Shown here in pieces: positions 16,575-18,847 of a stretch of 18,847 nucleotides of DNA. Under the pieces are notes generated by a model. The model ran no database searches and was not told the origin of the DNA. It saw nothing but the letters and a program-made list of their open reading frames with translations. Each line of letters begins with the position of its first letter. Positions within the stretch are counted from its first letter, which is position 1. A program made the position numbers and the translations under genes. Origin of the DNA: Myxococcota bacterium (GTDB lineage Bacteria; Myxococcota_A; UBA796; GCA-2862545); assembly GCA_039208735.1 (NCBI GenBank), contig JBCCQY010000179.1:1-18847 (forward strand), given 5' to 3'.

Positions 16575-17456
16575 CTACCCGCCCTGAAGGATGTGGCGTC
16601 TGGCTGCTACCGCCTCGCCCATGTGAGCCATAAACGCTCGCACCCGACTATTCGTCCGCAACTCCGGAAGCGTCAACAGCCACACGCCTAGGCGAAAGCT
16701 CTCGTCTAACGGCGCGATGCGACAGAGCTGTGGGTCGGGGTCCGCCAATAGGCAGGGCAGGAGTTGAGCCCCCATGCCGGCGCGCACCACGTGGGCCATG
16801 AGTAACCCTCGGTCGTCGAGTCGCATCACGATGCGGGCCCCGGGGGCGTTCGCGTCCAGCCAGCCGGCGAACCATCGCCAATTGGGGCCGCGGTCCCAAC
16901 CGATCCAGGGAAATGACGACAGAGGGGCGCCCTTACCGATCTTCGCGACGAGGTCGGCCGACGCGTACACGCCGAACCGCATGTCTCCGAGCTTGCGTCC
17001 GACCAGCGTGTCTGGAGGGGAGTCGCTGACGCGAAGCACCACGTCCGCTTCCCTTCGGCTAAGCGACACCTGCTCCCGAGTGATGTCGAGAATCAGTTCG
17101 ATCCCAGGATAGCGGTCCGTGAACGTCTGGTACGCGTCGGTGAAGCATGTGAACAGCACATCGACGGTCGAGACCCGCAAGGAACCGGTGAGCTGGGCAT
17201 CGCGGCCCAGCACCCGACCCTCCGCGGCGAGGACTTCGTCTTCGACCCGCTCGGCCGCTGCCGCGAGATCTGCGCCCGCAGCCGTCGGAACGAGACCGTC
17301 CGGTGTGCGATCGAAGAGCCGAACGCCGAGCTGACTCTCCATGGCCTTGAGCCGGCGACTGATCGTGGTGTGGGCAACCCCCAGGGAGGCCGCGGCCCGT
17401 ACCAGCGTCGTCTCGCGAATCACCGCGAGCACGATGCGGAGGTCATCCCAGTTCAC
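16575..17456 (-). CDS. LysR-family transcriptional regulator (GTG start, probably leaderless)
   Basis: (M)NWDDLRIVLAVIRETTLVRAAASLGVAHTTISRRLKAMESQLGVRLFDRTPDGLVPTAAG is a LysR HTH. SLSRREADVVLR fits the substrate-binding domain. Confidence 0.95.
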   Translation of the reverse strand: MNWDDLRIVLAVIRETTLVRAAASLGVAHTTISRRLKAMESQLGVRLFDRTPDGLVPTAAGADLAAAAERVEDEVLAAEGRVLGRDAQLTGSLRVSTVDVLFTCFTDAYQTFTDRYPGIELILDITREQVSLSRREADVVLRVSDSPPDTLVGRKLGDMRFGVYASADLVAKIGKGAPLSSFPWIGWDRGPNWRWFAGWLDANAPGARIVMRLDDRGLLMAHVVRAGMGAQLLPCLLADPDPQLCRIAPLDESFRLGVWLLTLPELRTNSRVRAFMAHMGEAVAARRHILQGG

Positions 17457-17493
17457 GTGTGCATCTGCGCACACGCGTGTGGGCAATGTCGCA
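17457..17493. promoter_or_regulatory. Probable LysR binding region in the divergent promoter
   Basis: GTGTGC-N6-GCACAC (17457-17474) abuts the LysR start codon. It overlaps the perfect palindrome CACACGCGTGTG (17470-17481). A second NGCA-N4-NGCA box lies 22 bp after the first. Confidence 0.55.
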
Positions 17494-17550
17494 ATGGGGC
17501 CTCCATTCGTGCACAGCTACCTCGCTCAGGTATTTGAGACGAGGTTTCAG

Positions 17551-18177
17551 ATGTCGCACACCATTTTCCTTCTCGGCGGTAACGGTCGCACGGGTCGCCG
17601 GTTTCTCTGGCTTGCGCTCGAAGCGGGGCACACCGTCACCGCACTGGTGCGTTCAGCGGATCGCCTCCACGAGGTCGAACACGAACGCCTTCACATCGCG
17701 GTAGGCAGCGCCACGGACCCTACCGTCCTGAAGCGCCTCCTGCCGGGGCACGACGTTGTGGTGTCTACGCTTGGGCCGCGATGGCCGACGCGCGTCGCGG
17801 CCGCCGTGTATCCACAGTCGGCTGCGGCCATGGTCGCTGCCATGGAGGCGACCGGGGTGGAGCGCCTTTTGGTGACCTCTTCCGCGCTCCTCTTCCCCGA
17901 GCGGACCCTGAGTACCAGGCTGCTGCGCTGGATCGTGCCCGCCATCGTGCGTGGGGCCGGGCGCATGGAGGACATTATTCGAGCCTCTTCGCTCAACTGG
18001 ACCCTGGTCCGCACGGGCTTCCTGGAGGACGGTGACTCCAACGCCCATCGCCTGAGCGTGGGATCGCTACCACCCAAGCCGGCCGCTGTCTCTCGCCTTG
18101 CCGTCGCGACCTTCCTTTTGTCGCAAGTCGAGGCCGACCGTGGCCATCACCGAAAGGTCGTCGGCTTCTGCGGCTGA
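17551..18177 (+). CDS. NAD(P)H-binding oxidoreductase (atypical SDR, flavin reductase / BVR-B-like)
   Basis: IFLLGGNGRTG Rossmann motif, ALEAGHTVTALVR, GHDVVVSTLG, SSLNWTLVR and VSRLAVA. GAGG RBS before ATG 17551. Confidence 0.92.
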   Translation: MSHTIFLLGGNGRTGRRFLWLALEAGHTVTALVRSADRLHEVEHERLHIAVGSATDPTVLKRLLPGHDVVVSTLGPRWPTRVAAAVYPQSAAAMVAAMEATGVERLLVTSSALLFPERTLSTRLLRWIVPAIVRGAGRMEDIIRASSLNWTLVRTGFLEDGDSNAHRLSVGSLPPKPAAVSRLAVATFLLSQVEADRGHHRKVVGFCG

Positions 18178-18381
18178 CCCTGGCTGCCCGAACGAACAGG
18201 AGACCATCGTGAAGACGAACCCCGTGCAGTTCTCATCGAGCGGTGTTCGTCCTGGGCCAATGGATTGCTTGTGGGTTGATGATTCATAGGGCCCCGGGTC
18301 GGCGAGACCCCTACGTTCGGGTTCCAGGTCGAGCTTGGTACGCCAGACGTCCAGGTCGAAATCGCTCGTGGTCCCGCGTAG

Positions 18382-18846
18382 CTAGAAGCTAGCGATCTCA
18401 ACGAGGCCTGGAACTTCCTCGACAATCACGAACGTCTTCTCTCGGCCCAGCGTTGATCCGTCGCTGAGCGAGAGCGTGGCAAACTCAATCGTGGGTGTCA
18501 CAGCGGTGAAGACCGTCGAGTTCCCAGCCACCGCGATTCCTTGTCCGGTGCCGGTCGTGAAGCACACCCGTTGCAGCTCGTTGGCCTGATGAGTTGCCTG
18601 GAGGCATGCCGCAGAGTCAGGTTCGACTACGTTCATCGCAACGGACATGTGCAACCGGTAAGTATTCCCTACTGTGAGGGAGTCGACGGTAAGGTCTTCC
18701 AAGGTTGTCGCATCCGTAGCAACATCGTCTTGAAGCTCCCGTCGCACAAACCTTGGGGGCTGACCATTCTCCAATGCATCCAATGCACTGGCGATACGAT
18801 TGAACCGTGCGTTGTAGTCGCTCGCGGTCACAGGCTCCTTTGGCTG
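18382..18846 (-). CDS. Hypothetical protein, probably 5'-partial (alternative GTG start at 18831)
   Basis: The frame is open to the window edge (QPKEPVTASDYNARFNRIASALDALE...) and has a beta-rich C-terminal domain containing two Cys. Confidence 0.7.
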   Translation of the reverse strand, partial: QPKEPVTASDYNARFNRIASALDALENGQPPRFVRRELQDDVATDATTLEDLTVDSLTVGNTYRLHMSVAMNVVEPDSAACLQATHQANELQRVCFTTGTGQGIAVAGNSTVFTAVTPTIEFATLSLSDGSTLGREKTFVIVEEVPGLVEIASF

Positions 18847-18847
18847 C

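Overview
GC-rich bacterial chromosomal window, probably Myxococcota. That assignment is inferred from lipoproteins with Asp/Thr/Gly-rich 'DTG' linkers and a Cys-rich EGF-like module. The window holds about 20 CDSs arranged as small regulator-plus-target modules: three TetR regulators, one XRE/MmyB-like regulator, one LysR and a hybrid histidine kinase with two receiver domains. Around them are a cytoplasmic GH3 beta-glucosidase, a DUF6268-like outer-membrane beta-barrel, a SnoaL/NTF2 protein, a GNAT acetyltransferase, an NAD(P)H-binding reductase, several small membrane proteins and a divergent pair of large uncharacterised lipoproteins. I found no rRNA, tRNA, CRISPR array, transposase or integrase, and I cannot support a clear-cut novel system. 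The best leads are: (1) the divergent lipoprotein pair, one with EGF plus three disulfide-bearing jelly-roll-like repeats; (2) two clean tandem-operator palindromes at TetR-linked divergent promoters; (3) a TetR-barrel-membrane protein module; (4) several probable gene remnants in intergenic gaps. Many ORF-track starts were trimmed to starts supported by a ribosome-binding site (RBS).
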